A stretch of 64,000 nt of DNA from Candidatus Collierbacteria bacterium (GTDB lineage Bacteria > Patescibacteriota > Microgenomatia > UBA1400 > JACPES01): NCBI GenBank assembly GCA_016219325.1, contig JACRNH010000002.1, positions 3,862 through 67,861 on the forward strand. The letters are read 5' to 3'. Made by a program: the position numbers and the translations under genes. The notes under the pieces are model-generated. The model did not search any database and was not told the DNA's origin. It worked only from the letters and a program-made list of their open reading frames with translations. Of the stretch, positions 40,015 to 49,025 are shown piece after piece (position 1 is the first letter of the stretch; the number at the start of each line of letters is the position of its first letter).

Positions 40015-40320
40015 ATGGATAAAGAGTCAATAAGATTGATTTTGGCTAATATTCCTCAACTTGCTGATATTGTCCAACTAAACGATGGGGAAATAGAAAA
40101 AGCAATTGCGATGTTAGACGGAATGGTTGTTGAGGAAAAGGGTCCCGGATTTTCAATAGAAGCTCCGGCATATCCTTTATCCGAGTTACCATATTATTTA
40201 GAAAAATCCGGAGCTGTAAGTGTTAAGTTCTCTTCAGAAATGCAGCTAACGGATTTTACCAGATTTGCCAGACCTGTGACGGAGGCAGAACTGACAAGGG
40301 CATTCGGAAAAACTTATTAA
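40015..40320 (+). CDS. hypothetical protein
   Basis: 101-aa ORF. Confidence 0.3.
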   Translation: MDKESIRLILANIPQLADIVQLNDGEIEKAIAMLDGMVVEEKGPGFSIEAPAYPLSELPYYLEKSGAVSVKFSSEMQLTDFTRFARPVTEAELTRAFGKTY

Positions 40321-40382
40321 TTTGAGGATGACCCCGGGATACTTCTAGTCTCAATTTCCGATTTGTATATAATAGATGAATT

Positions 40383-41618
40383 GTGAAAATAAGTGATCTA
40401 ATTGCAAAAGAGCGTCGGCGCCAGCAGGAAACTTTAATGATGATTCCGTCGGAGAATTACACTTATCCCGAAGTTCGCCGCGCCGTCGGCTCGGTGCTGA
40501 TGCATAAATATTCCGAAGGATACGCCCACCGCAGATATTATCAGGGTAACGAAATTATCGATAAAATCGAAGATTTGGCAGTTGAGAACGCTAAAAAATT
40601 ATTTGGCGTTCCTTATGCCAACGTTCAGCCGTATTCCGGATCGCCGGCCAACGCCACGGTTTACTTCGCCCTGCTTCAGCCGGGAGATAAAATCATGGGT
40701 CTAAAATTATCCGGCGGCGGCCATCTGACTCACGGCCATCCCAACATCACTTTTTCAGGAAAATATTTTCAATCAACTCAATATGACGTCGAACCGGATG
40801 GCCGGATTGATTACGAAAAATTAGAAAAGTTAGCCAGGACTGAAAATCCGAAATTAATAGTGGCCGGAACTACCGCTTATCCGCGGATTTTAGACTGGAA
40901 AAAATTTGCCAAAATAGCCGATAGCGTCGGGGCGATTTTGATGGCGGATATTGCGCATATAGCCGGTTTGGTGGCGGGCGGTTCTCATCCTTCTCCGGTT
41001 TCATATGTTCATATTGTGACAACGACTACCCATAAAACTTTAAGAGGTCCGCGGGGAGCGATGATCATGATAACTGAAAAAGGTTTAAAACTGGACGAAA
41101 AAATGGGGGAGAAAATTGATAAGGCGATTTTCCCCGGATTGCAAGGTGGGCCGCATAATAATACCACTGCCGGAATTGCGATAACATTGGAAAAATCCAT
41201 GGGTAAAACTTTCGCATCGTATGCCAAGGCAATAGTTTCTAATGCCAAAGAGTTGGCTGATGAATTATTAAAATATGGATTTAATTTGGCGACAGGCGGA
41301 ACGGACAATCATTTAATGGTGGTTGATGTCCGGCCGTTTGGAATTGACGGCAAAACATTCGCGATTGCTTTAGAAAAAGCCGGAATTATAGTTAATTTTA
41401 ACACTATTCCTCATGATCCCAATCCTCCGTTTCGCCCCAGCGGTATCCGCTTGGGGACTCCGGCGGTAACTGCCAGAGGAATGGGAAAACCACAGATGAA
41501 GCAAATAGGAAAGTGGATTTTAGAAGTGGCCAAAAATTATTCTAATGAAAAAAAACTCAAGTCGATAAAGCTCCAAGTAAAGTCTTTGTGCAAAAAATTT
41601 CCGGTGGATTTGGCATAG
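40383..41618 (+). CDS. glyA: serine hydroxymethyltransferase
   Basis: GTG start; SHMT signature throughout, including the PLP-lysine region VTTTTHKTLRGPRG. Confidence 0.85.
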   Translation: MKISDLIAKERRRQQETLMMIPSENYTYPEVRRAVGSVLMHKYSEGYAHRRYYQGNEIIDKIEDLAVENAKKLFGVPYANVQPYSGSPANATVYFALLQPGDKIMGLKLSGGGHLTHGHPNITFSGKYFQSTQYDVEPDGRIDYEKLEKLARTENPKLIVAGTTAYPRILDWKKFAKIADSVGAILMADIAHIAGLVAGGSHPSPVSYVHIVTTTTHKTLRGPRGAMIMITEKGLKLDEKMGEKIDKAIFPGLQGGPHNNTTAGIAITLEKSMGKTFASYAKAIVSNAKELADELLKYGFNLATGGTDNHLMVVDVRPFGIDGKTFAIALEKAGIIVNFNTIPHDPNPPFRPSGIRLGTPAVTARGMGKPQMKQIGKWILEVAKNYSNEKKLKSIKLQVKSLCKKFPVDLA

Positions 41619-41619
41619 C

Positions 41620-42483
41620 ATGTTTATTATCGATGGTAAAAAATTAGCAGCGGAAAGAGAACAGCTTCTAAAAATTGAAGTCCAAAAATTAACCAAAAAG
41701 ATTGGCAGAAGACCAAGATTAGTGGCAGTCGAATTGTCCGATGACGAGGGAGGTAGGTTATATTTGAAATTAAAAAAGGCGGCAGCGGAGAGGGTGGGGA
41801 TAGAATTTGATGTTGTAAAAAGGCCTGGCCTTGCATGGCAAGGCCAGGCCTTATCAGACACTGACGGTATCTTCATTCAGCATCCTCGGGGTTACAATAA
41901 GCAAAAATGGCAGGAGCTGGTTGATCAAATTCCACCGGAAAAAGATGTTGATTGTTTGACCAGTGAAAATCTCCGATTGATAAAAGAAGGAAATCCAAGG
42001 TTTTTGCCGGCGACAGTGAAAGCCGTTTTATATTCTCTGGAACACGTTTTTCGTCTGGAAAGGCCTGGCCTTGCTTGGCAAGGCCAGGCCTTATCTGATG
42101 CTCTACGCGGGAAGAAAATCGTTATTCTGGGGCGAAGCCCCATTCTTGGATTACCGCTATTTTGGTGGTTGAAAAGCCTTGGCGTTAATGTGACGCTCTT
42201 TCATTCTCAATCGACGATTAGCGATTTACGATTAGCGGTTAGCGAGGCTGATATTTTAATTTCTTCCGTCGGTAAGCCCGGATTAGTCACCGGCAATATG
42301 GTTAAGAAAGGGGCAATTGTAATTGATTGCGGTTCGCCTTTGGGAGACGTAGTTTTCAGTGAAGTAGCTCCCAAAACCTCAGCTATAACCCCTGTTCCCG
42401 GCGGCGTTGGGCCGCTGACAGTGGTCAGTCTAATGGAAAATGTGGTACAATCCATAAATAACGCAGGCCGGGAAAGCTCCTGA
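41620..42483 (+). CDS. folD: bifunctional methylene-THF dehydrogenase/cyclohydrolase
   Basis: FolD layout with a GxGxxVG-like Rossmann motif. Two identical in-frame GGCC palindrome insertions (PGLAWQGQALSD, twice). Confidence 0.8.
   Translation: MFIIDGKKLAAEREQLLKIEVQKLTKKIGRRPRLVAVELSDDEGGRLYLKLKKAAAERVGIEFDVVKRPGLAWQGQALSDTDGIFIQHPRGYNKQKWQELVDQIPPEKDVDCLTSENLRLIKEGNPRFLPATVKAVLYSLEHVFRLERPGLAWQGQALSDALRGKKIVILGRSPILGLPLFWWLKSLGVNVTLFHSQSTISDLRLAVSEADILISSVGKPGLVTGNMVKKGAIVIDCGSPLGDVVFSEVAPKTSAITPVPGGVGPLTVVSLMENVVQSINNAGRESS
41821..41853. repeat. GGCC palindrome AGGCCTGGCCTTGCATGGCAAGGCCAGGCCTTA (copy 1 in folD)
   Basis: Perfect hairpin-forming sequence inside the coding frame. Confidence 0.85.
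42061..42093. repeat. GGCC palindrome (copy 2 in folD)
   Basis: aggcctggccttgcttggcaaggccaggcctta. Confidence 0.85.
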
Positions 42484-42524
42484 TTTATTGAGTTCCCGAC
42501 TGTCCCGCGAAGCGGGATCCTGCT

Positions 42525-43301
42525 TTGCAGGAAGGATTAAGGAGCTATATGCCAAAAAAAGACGATAAGATTTCGATTGATGTTTCTTTGGAAGAATTAA
42601 TGGAGGCAGGGTGTCATTTTGGGCATCAGGCCCGCCGTTGGCATCCAAAAATGGCTCCATATATCTGGGGTCAAAAGGATGGCGTTCACATTTTTGATTT
42701 GGATAAAACCCGCCAGGCTATTTTAGAAGCCGTAGAGATGGTCAGGAAGCTTGCGTCGGAGGGAAAATCAATTATTTTCGTCGGGACCAAGAAACAGGCT
42801 TATCAGATTATTACTGAAGAAGCGGTTAGAGCCGGAATGCCGTTTGTGGCCAAACGCTGGTTGGGGGGAACTTTAACTAATTGGAAACAATTGAAATTAA
42901 GCATCAATAAATTGATTGATCTGAAGATGAAACGTGATGCTAAAGAGTTGGATAAATATACTAAGAAAGAAAGAATTTTAATTGATAAAGAAATTGATAA
43001 ATTGGAGAAATTTGTCGGCGGGCTGCAAAAATTAACAGGTTTGCCGGATGCCATTTTCGTTGTTGACATAAAAAGGGAAGAGTCGGCCGTCAGGGAAGCT
43101 TTCATATTAAATATTCCGGTGATTGCCATAGTCGATTCCAATTGCAATCCGGAAAAAATAACTAAAATAATTCCGGGTAATGACGATGCCATCAGAACTA
43201 TCAGATTAATTACTTCTAAAATTGCCGATGCAGTGCTGGAGGGAAAAATAAAAAACAATGAACAGAAAGCAAAGAGCAATGAAACAAAACTACAGTCATA
43301 A
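42525..43301 (+). CDS. rpsB: 30S ribosomal protein S2
   Basis: GCHFGHQARRWHPKMAPYIWG is the S2 signature. The C-terminal tail NNEQKAKSNETKLQS is encoded by a repeat. Confidence 0.85.
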   Translation: MQEGLRSYMPKKDDKISIDVSLEELMEAGCHFGHQARRWHPKMAPYIWGQKDGVHIFDLDKTRQAILEAVEMVRKLASEGKSIIFVGTKKQAYQIITEEAVRAGMPFVAKRWLGGTLTNWKQLKLSINKLIDLKMKRDAKELDKYTKKERILIDKEIDKLEKFVGGLQKLTGLPDAIFVVDIKREESAVREAFILNIPVIAIVDSNCNPEKITKIIPGNDDAIRTIRLITSKIADAVLEGKIKNNEQKAKSNETKLQS

Positions 43302-43335
43302 CATTGTTTTCTGTTTTCTGCTCATTGTTAATTAA
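43250..43335. repeat. AACAATGAACAGAAAGCAAAGAGCAATG inverted-repeat element spanning the rpsB stop
   Basis: The 5' arm is in frame at the rpsB 3' end; the 3' arm cattgttttctgttttctgctcattgtt lies downstream. Confidence 0.75.
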
Positions 43336-43344
43336 TTTAATTAT

Positions 43345-43794
43345 ATGTTTTTATTAACTGATATTAAGAGGCTTCGTGAAGAGACAGGCGTTGGAGTGAT
43401 GGATGCCAGAAAAGCATTGGAAGAAAGTAAAGGTGATATCAGAAAAGCCGGAGAATGGCTCAAAAAGAATGCCGTAGCCAAGGCTTTAAAAAAGGCGGAC
43501 AGAACTACCGGAGACGGGGCGATTTTTTCTTACGTTCATCAGACGGGCAAGATTTCGGCAATGGTGAAATTGGGATGCGAAACAGATTTTGTGGCCAGAA
43601 CCGATGATTTTCAAAAGTTAGGAAAAGAATTGACAATGCAGATCGCCTCAATGAAGCCTAAAAATGTTGACGAACTTTACGATCAGGATTGGATCAGGGA
43701 TAACAAGAAAAAAATCAAACAGATAATTGATGAAGTAATTGCAAAAGTAGGGGAGAATATTAAAATACTAGAGATGGTGAGGATGAGTTTTTAG
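43345..43794 (+). CDS. tsf: elongation factor Ts (short form)
   Basis: LREETGVGVMDARKALEESKGDIRKA (the UBA-like N-terminus) and the dimerisation core; only 149 aa. Confidence 0.75.
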   Translation: MFLLTDIKRLREETGVGVMDARKALEESKGDIRKAGEWLKKNAVAKALKKADRTTGDGAIFSYVHQTGKISAMVKLGCETDFVARTDDFQKLGKELTMQIASMKPKNVDELYDQDWIRDNKKKIKQIIDEVIAKVGENIKILEMVRMSF

Positions 43795-43837
43795 CAAGCT
43801 CAAATCGCAAATCTCAAAGTGCAAAATCAAGCTAAAA

Positions 43838-43885
43838 GTTAAAAACTTTGAATTTTGAACTTGGAGTTGATATTTGAGTTTTGAG
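43838..43885. repeat. (TTTTGAA)n-type repeat, intergenic tsf-frr
   Basis: aaactttgaattttgaacttggagttgatatttgagttttgag; related to 8144-8176. Confidence 0.7.
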
Positions 43886-43889
43886 TTAA

Positions 43890-44456
43890 TTGATGCTACA
43901 ACACATACTTCAACAAGTTGATCAAATATTCCAAGGCGTCTTGGAGGTTGTCAGAGATGATCTCTCTACCGTCAAGACCGGCCGGGCCAAACCTGACTTG
44001 GTTGCCAATCTTCAGATTGCGGTTCAAAGCTATGGATCAACCCTTAAGTTATTGGAACTTGCCAACATATCAGCTCCGGATTCACAAACACTATCAATTT
44101 CTCCTTGGGATAAAAACGTAATTGAGGATATCTCCCGCGGAATTTCCAAAAGCGATCTAAATTTAAACCCGGTGGTTGATGGCCAGACCATCAGGATTTC
44201 GATTCCGGTTTTAACCCAAGAAAGGCGGATTGAGCTGACTAAAATGGTGGATAAAAAAGTTGAAGGCGGAAAAGTTTTACTGCGGGAGGAAAGGCAGAGA
44301 ATAAAAAAAGAAATTGATGCCGGAAAAGGCAAGGCCGGAGTTTCGGAGGATGATATTTTTAAATCAATTGAAGAATTAGATAAAAAGACTAAAGAATGGG
44401 AAGTAAAAATTGACGAGTTGGGGAGCGCTAAAAAATCCGAATTGATGGCGGTATAA
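43890..44456 (+). CDS. frr: ribosome recycling factor
   Basis: RTGRAKPDLVANLQI...DGQTIRISIP...LTQERR matches the RRF signature. Confidence 0.8.
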   Translation: MMLQHILQQVDQIFQGVLEVVRDDLSTVKTGRAKPDLVANLQIAVQSYGSTLKLLELANISAPDSQTLSISPWDKNVIEDISRGISKSDLNLNPVVDGQTIRISIPVLTQERRIELTKMVDKKVEGGKVLLREERQRIKKEIDAGKGKAGVSEDDIFKSIEELDKKTKEWEVKIDELGSAKKSELMAV

Positions 44457-44459
44457 ACT

Positions 44460-45491
44460 TCAAAGAGATCTGGTTATTTTCCTTAAATTCTCAATTCCCC
44501 AATTTATCCAATATTTCCAGTTTAACGGCATATCATGTGCGGGAAGATAAGCAAATTGCTTTCCGCCGAAACCGCGTTTGAACAATGACGGACCTGCAAA
44601 ACGATGTGTCAGGAGCTTTTCGTCGGTCACGTCCCCCCACAAATTGTAAGTCTTGCAGCCTCTCTTTTTTGCCTCCTGAATAATTTCCCATTGAATAGCG
44701 TACGCGGCTGGAATTTTTCTGGCTTCATCAGTTGAGGCAGCGTAGTGGTAGATAGCCTCGCCACGATAAAAAATAACAAAGGCGATGGAAGCTGGCTTAG
44801 AAAGGCCCAGCCTTGCTATTGCAGCAGGGCCGGGCCTTAATTGACTCACGAAAAATAGTTCGACAGAATCAGTCATATTAAATTCTCTAAACTGTTCCAG
44901 TAAATATTTCTTTGAAAATGGCACAAACCCTTCCCGTTTCGCAGTTTCCGCCTGTAGTTTAATAAAATCATCAATCAACTTTTCGTCCTGTGATTTCTCA
45001 ACTTTTATTCCCATCTTCAAAGATTTCTTAATTTCATATCTGGTGCTTTTTCTCATTTCAGATAACAACTGTTCGTCCGTTTTTGTCAAATCAATAACTC
45101 TGGTTAATTGGGCGTGGAGATGCATTGGAGCCGGCCGAAAATCCATCATCTGTAAAGTATCTGATACTTTACAAGTATCAGATACTTGGGGGCGGATTCT
45201 TATAAAAACGCATCTTTCTTTTACCGCGATTTCTTTCATTAGAGTTACTGCCTGTTTCCATTGTGGAACAGAAAAATAGTTTTTTAATAATGGTCCGCCG
45301 GGAACTGTTAAATGCCGGCCGCGTTTAGCCGGTTCGACAATAGCTTGAAACATTCCGTTGTTAAATTTAACCCTATAAACGGGCAGTCCTAATTTTTGAT
45401 GAAATTCTCCCCATGCCCAGGATTGCAGGAAGTTGCCATCGGGGTGATTACCTAATGATTTTCCCCATTTCGATTTAGTTATATCTGTCAT
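44460..45491 (-). CDS. FemAB-family peptidyltransferase (peptidoglycan interpeptide bridge formation)
   Basis: N-terminal FLQSWAWGEFHQ and the FemAB/GNAT-like layout. Contains a GGCC palindrome and a GTAAAGTATCTGATACTTTAC palindrome in frame. Confidence 0.55.
   Translation of the reverse strand: MTDITKSKWGKSLGNHPDGNFLQSWAWGEFHQKLGLPVYRVKFNNGMFQAIVEPAKRGRHLTVPGGPLLKNYFSVPQWKQAVTLMKEIAVKERCVFIRIRPQVSDTCKVSDTLQMMDFRPAPMHLHAQLTRVIDLTKTDEQLLSEMRKSTRYEIKKSLKMGIKVEKSQDEKLIDDFIKLQAETAKREGFVPFSKKYLLEQFREFNMTDSVELFFVSQLRPGPAAIARLGLSKPASIAFVIFYRGEAIYHYAASTDEARKIPAAYAIQWEIIQEAKKRGCKTYNLWGDVTDEKLLTHRFAGPSLFKRGFGGKQFAYLPAHDMPLNWKYWINWGIENLRKITRSL
44802..44840. repeat. GGCC palindrome inside the femAB-like gene
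   Basis: aaaggcccagccttgctattgcagcagggccgggcctta. Confidence 0.8.
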
Positions 45492-45503
45492 TTTATATTA
45501 AAT

Positions 45504-45542
45504 AAGGCCCGGCCTTGCTGCAGCCGCAAGGCCGGGCCTTTA
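45504..45542. repeat. GGCC palindrome, intergenic
   Basis: aaggcccggccttgctgcagccgcaaggccgggccttta. Confidence 0.85.
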
Positions 45543-46862
45543 TTGATTAATCAGCTTTGCCAAGCATTCTGCTTTTTCATTTGAAATACTAATATGCGTC
45601 GGTAGATTGAAAATATGTTCCGAGAGATTTTCGGTGTTAGGGCAAGAGCCTGGTTGATATTTAACCTGAGAGTCGCTTACCCGCTCAGGGGAAACAGGTG
45701 CGTCGTACCAATGATCCATCAGATAAAAACCATGGCGGGTCAATTTTTTTTCTAACTCGTCCCTGTTTCCCACCCAAATCGGGTAGCGTAAATTAGAGCC
45801 GTTTTTTATGTCATCAATTATCACCAATTTAAACTTCCGGTTAAGAATCCGGCCGTAAGTTAAGGCAATATTCCGGCGGTGAACTATTATTTTGTCTAAT
45901 CTTACTAATTGATTGAATGTCAAAGCAGCCAGAGCGTTAGGCAGCGCGGTAGGCGTCGTCGGAGCGTCAACAGGAGAGTTCATTAGCCCAAAGAATTTTG
46001 CCAGCCAATGAATTACTTTTCCCACTCTAAACTTGCCAATCCCAATTTGATAAGTTGATCTTATTAACCAAGTACAGATAGGATAGAGGAGATGTTTTCC
46101 GATTTCTATTAAAATTAAATGATTCGAATCATTTAATTTTTCGGGCAATGGCAAAATTTTGCTGGCGATCAATGCTCCGCCGGAAACTCCATCAATCACT
46201 TTATCTTGGGAGAAAGAAAGAATGATAGCGTTAGCAGAAGCTATTAGTTGTTGGTTATTAGTTGTTGGTTTTGGCGTTGGGATAAAGAAATGAGCTAAGT
46301 CCTGAATTATAAAAATCTTGTGGTTCCGGCACCACTTAACTATTTCGTCATTCTCCCGGTTAATATATCCAAGAGTGTGTTGTAGAATTATGGCCTTAGT
46401 TTTAGAAGTGGCGGATTTTTTAATTTGCTCAAATGACGGATTGAGATTTTTGGTGTCAACATCAACATAAATAGGTGTTGCCCCCAAATCTAAAATCGGT
46501 TGCACCACTGCCACACAGGTAAAAGCTTGAACTATAACTTCGTCATCCTGTCCGATTCCGAGCTTCCGTAAGGCCTCATAAATTGCGTGCCGGCCTTTTA
46601 AAAATAGTTCCACTGTCATTCCGGGCTTGACCCGGAATCTATTTAAATAGATTCCCACCTTCGCGGGAATGACACTTTTCAGTGTCTCAAGCTCCTTCCC
46701 CTGTTTCCATTTCCACGGTTGAAATAACAATTTCAGAGCTAAAATTCTGTCTCCGGAAGTATAGTTTGATCCTAAGGAATTGGTGATGATCATATTGATA
46801 TCATAGCTAATTGATACAATTGGCGCTATGAAGAAGCTGAAAATGAACTTGGAGTTATCCAA
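45540..46862 (-). CDS. DegT/DnrJ/EryC1/StrS-family PLP aminotransferase
   Basis: VQAFTCVAVVQPILDLGATPIYVDVD and the lysine region SFSQDKVIDGVSGGAL. Has an in-frame direct-repeat insertion (TTATTAGTTGTTGG twice). Confidence 0.55.
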   Translation of the reverse strand: MDNSKFIFSFFIAPIVSISYDINMIITNSLGSNYTSGDRILALKLLFQPWKWKQGKELETLKSVIPAKVGIYLNRFRVKPGMTVELFLKGRHAIYEALRKLGIGQDDEVIVQAFTCVAVVQPILDLGATPIYVDVDTKNLNPSFEQIKKSATSKTKAIILQHTLGYINRENDEIVKWCRNHKIFIIQDLAHFFIPTPKPTTNNQQLIASANAIILSFSQDKVIDGVSGGALIASKILPLPEKLNDSNHLILIEIGKHLLYPICTWLIRSTYQIGIGKFRVGKVIHWLAKFFGLMNSPVDAPTTPTALPNALAALTFNQLVRLDKIIVHRRNIALTYGRILNRKFKLVIIDDIKNGSNLRYPIWVGNRDELEKKLTRHGFYLMDHWYDAPVSPERVSDSQVKYQPGSCPNTENLSEHIFNLPTHISISNEKAECLAKLINQ

Positions 46863-47646
46863 TCTGGGTGAAAAAACACATATTTGGTTTCCATTGCCTC
46901 AATTAGTATGCGGAGAGCCTAAAGAGTGGTTAAATCCAATAGATTTTAAAATTGTAGCTGATAAAAAATTTGGAAACCAATCGGCATATTTTATTACAAA
47001 TGAACCCGGAATTAGAATTTCCGCCGCTTTCCTATTATCAGATAATAGGGAAAGCGGAAATAAAAACCCAAAAATATTTTTACAATCAAATCCCATGGTC
47101 CAGTCAGATTCCCCGGCAATCAAAAATATAGCCAAATATTTGTTTTCTGGAGTATCGGGCGATAATGGAAAAGCCAAAAAGTGTTTTGATTGGGTGATTG
47201 GATATTTGGAATACGCCAATCCCATAAGAGGGCTTTACTCGTCAATTCAGGCTTTGACAGATAGAAAAGTGGATTGCGGTGGGTTTTCCACACTGTTGGT
47301 GGCGTTATTGCGGGCGGCAAAAATTCCGGCAAGGTGCGTTTTCGGCTGGGCGGTTGAATCAAAATACGGCTATCACGCTTGGGCGGAATTTTTTGATAAA
47401 AAGAAACATTCCTGGATTCCGTGCGATCCGTCTGTGGCTCATTTAGGAAATAGGACAAAACTAGACGCTGGTTTTGGATTTATAAATGATAAAAGGGTTA
47501 TATTTTCAGTTGGTGAAGATTTGGAATTAACAGGGGATAATATTAAATGGAATATTCCGCTTCTACAGTCGCCGGTGGTGGTGCCACTTGACGATAACGG
47601 AATTCCAACAAAATTTTTTGAAAGGCTGATCTGGTCTGTGGTTTAA
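46828..47646 (+). CDS. transglutaminase-like cysteine protease superfamily protein
   Basis: CGGFSTLLVALLRAAKIPARCV ... YHAWAEFF ... IPCDP gives a Cys-His-Asp arrangement. Confidence 0.45.
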   Translation: MKKLKMNLELSNLGEKTHIWFPLPQLVCGEPKEWLNPIDFKIVADKKFGNQSAYFITNEPGIRISAAFLLSDNRESGNKNPKIFLQSNPMVQSDSPAIKNIAKYLFSGVSGDNGKAKKCFDWVIGYLEYANPIRGLYSSIQALTDRKVDCGGFSTLLVALLRAAKIPARCVFGWAVESKYGYHAWAEFFDKKKHSWIPCDPSVAHLGNRTKLDAGFGFINDKRVIFSVGEDLELTGDNIKWNIPLLQSPVVVPLDDNGIPTKFFERLIWSVV

Positions 47647-47667
47647 AAAGGCCGGGCCTTATCAGAC
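47646..47667. repeat. GGCC half-palindrome with conserved CTTATCAGAC tail
   Basis: aaaaaggccgggccttatcagac between convergent genes; a possible bidirectional terminator. Confidence 0.6.
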
Positions 47668-49025
47668 TAAATAAATGGTTTTCGTTTTTTATCCCAGAAT
47701 TTTCCGCGGCGGCAAAGATTTTCAACATCAGATTTGTTTTTCAATAGAGCTTCAACCATAATTTCTAGAAAGATAGTATTTTGCGAACCCTTAACTAAAA
47801 TGATTTCATTCCCTGAAAGATTTTTTGTTAAATAATTTGCCGCCTCTCCGGCGGCAGAAAACCATTCGACCGGCAGTTTTGATTGTTGAATTGCCGGCAG
47901 AAAGTATTGTTTCATCAATGGACCGACAAGGATAATTTTGTCAGCTGATTTTATCGCAGTTTCCGCCACTTTTTTATGTTCGATTTCAGCCTGTGATCCG
48001 AGCTCTCTCATGTCCCCTAAAACAGCAATTTTAATTTTGCCCCCCCCAATATTTTTTAGCATCTCAAGACTTCCATTCATAGTTTTTCCCGAGGCGTTAT
48101 ATGAAGAATCAATAATTGTGGTGTTTTTAATTCCTTGAAAAATCCGGCCTCGGCCGGGGGGAAGATTAAAATTAGCGGTTAAAGCCTCTGAAATTTTTTT
48201 GACCGGCAAATCTAAAATCATTCCGACTGTTGCTGCCACTGCCATGGTTTCACTGTAATAATTGGGAAGAGCAAGATTTAGCAGATTTATGAAGTATGAT
48301 TTATGATTTATGAATAAAGAAATAGATGTTCCATCTAGGCTTGGAAGTATAGATTTAATAACAACGTCAGCGTTCTTCTTTCTTCCGAATGTCACAATGC
48401 GGGCTTCATCTACCGGTTTTAATGAAATAATTTCCGGTTGATCGGCATTCAAAATGGCGTATTGAAGATCCGGGTTTTGTGTCACCAGTTTTCCTTTCTC
48501 TTTGGCTATCGTTGCAACAGAGCCAAATTGTTGCGTATGAACAGGTAGGGCATTTAGAATTACCCCGATATCCGGATGTAGAATTGTCAATAAGTATTCC
48601 ATATTTTTTGGCAGGGTCGGTTCATCGATTCCCATTTCAACCAGATAGCAGTCAAATGCTGAATGCTGAATACTGAATACTGAATGCAATGCTTTAAGCG
48701 GAGCCAGAAGACAAATTTTTAGCCAGTCAAAAAATGAATAGTCGATAAAGTGCAAGCCGAGAATATCAGCCGGAATTCCGGATTCGGAATTGGCCTTTTC
48801 GGCGACTTTAAGATTTTTGAATTTTAGTCTTAACACCGGAGCGATAGCGTCTACGGCACTGGACTTTCCGGCAGAGCCGGTGACTCCGACTATGAATGGG
48901 CGGTTAATTTTTAATACTTGCCGCGCCCAAAACCTTAACCACCATAAAACCGGCCAGCGGAGAATGTTTTTCATCGAATTTATTATAGCTTGTTTAAAGG
49001 CTTGGTTTGGCGTAACCACTTCCAA
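47667..49025 (-). CDS. murF: Mur ligase (MurF-like UDP-MurNAc-pentapeptide synthetase)
   Basis: GVTGSAGKSS P-loop and NSESGIPADILGL. Heptamer repeat insertion LKALHSVFSIQHSAFD. Confidence 0.55.
   Translation of the reverse strand: MEVVTPNQAFKQAIINSMKNILRWPVLWWLRFWARQVLKINRPFIVGVTGSAGKSSAVDAIAPVLRLKFKNLKVAEKANSESGIPADILGLHFIDYSFFDWLKICLLAPLKALHSVFSIQHSAFDCYLVEMGIDEPTLPKNMEYLLTILHPDIGVILNALPVHTQQFGSVATIAKEKGKLVTQNPDLQYAILNADQPEIISLKPVDEARIVTFGRKKNADVVIKSILPSLDGTSISLFINHKSYFINLLNLALPNYYSETMAVAATVGMILDLPVKKISEALTANFNLPPGRGRIFQGIKNTTIIDSSYNASGKTMNGSLEMLKNIGGGKIKIAVLGDMRELGSQAEIEHKKVAETAIKSADKIILVGPLMKQYFLPAIQQSKLPVEWFSAAGEAANYLTKNLSGNEIILVKGSQNTIFLEIMVEALLKNKSDVENLCRRGKFWDKKRKPFI
48655..48688. 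repeat. (TGAATRC)n heptamer repeat inside murF
   Basis: aaatgctgaatgctgaatactgaatactgaatgc. Confidence 0.8.

Noticed and set aside
46828-47646. Transglutaminase-like protein as a lasso-peptide B2 protease partnering the PqqD-like gene
   Set aside because: It is 4 kb away on the far side of murF and a toxin-antitoxin pair. No asparagine-synthetase-like lasso cyclase is present, so a lasso-peptide cluster is not supported.
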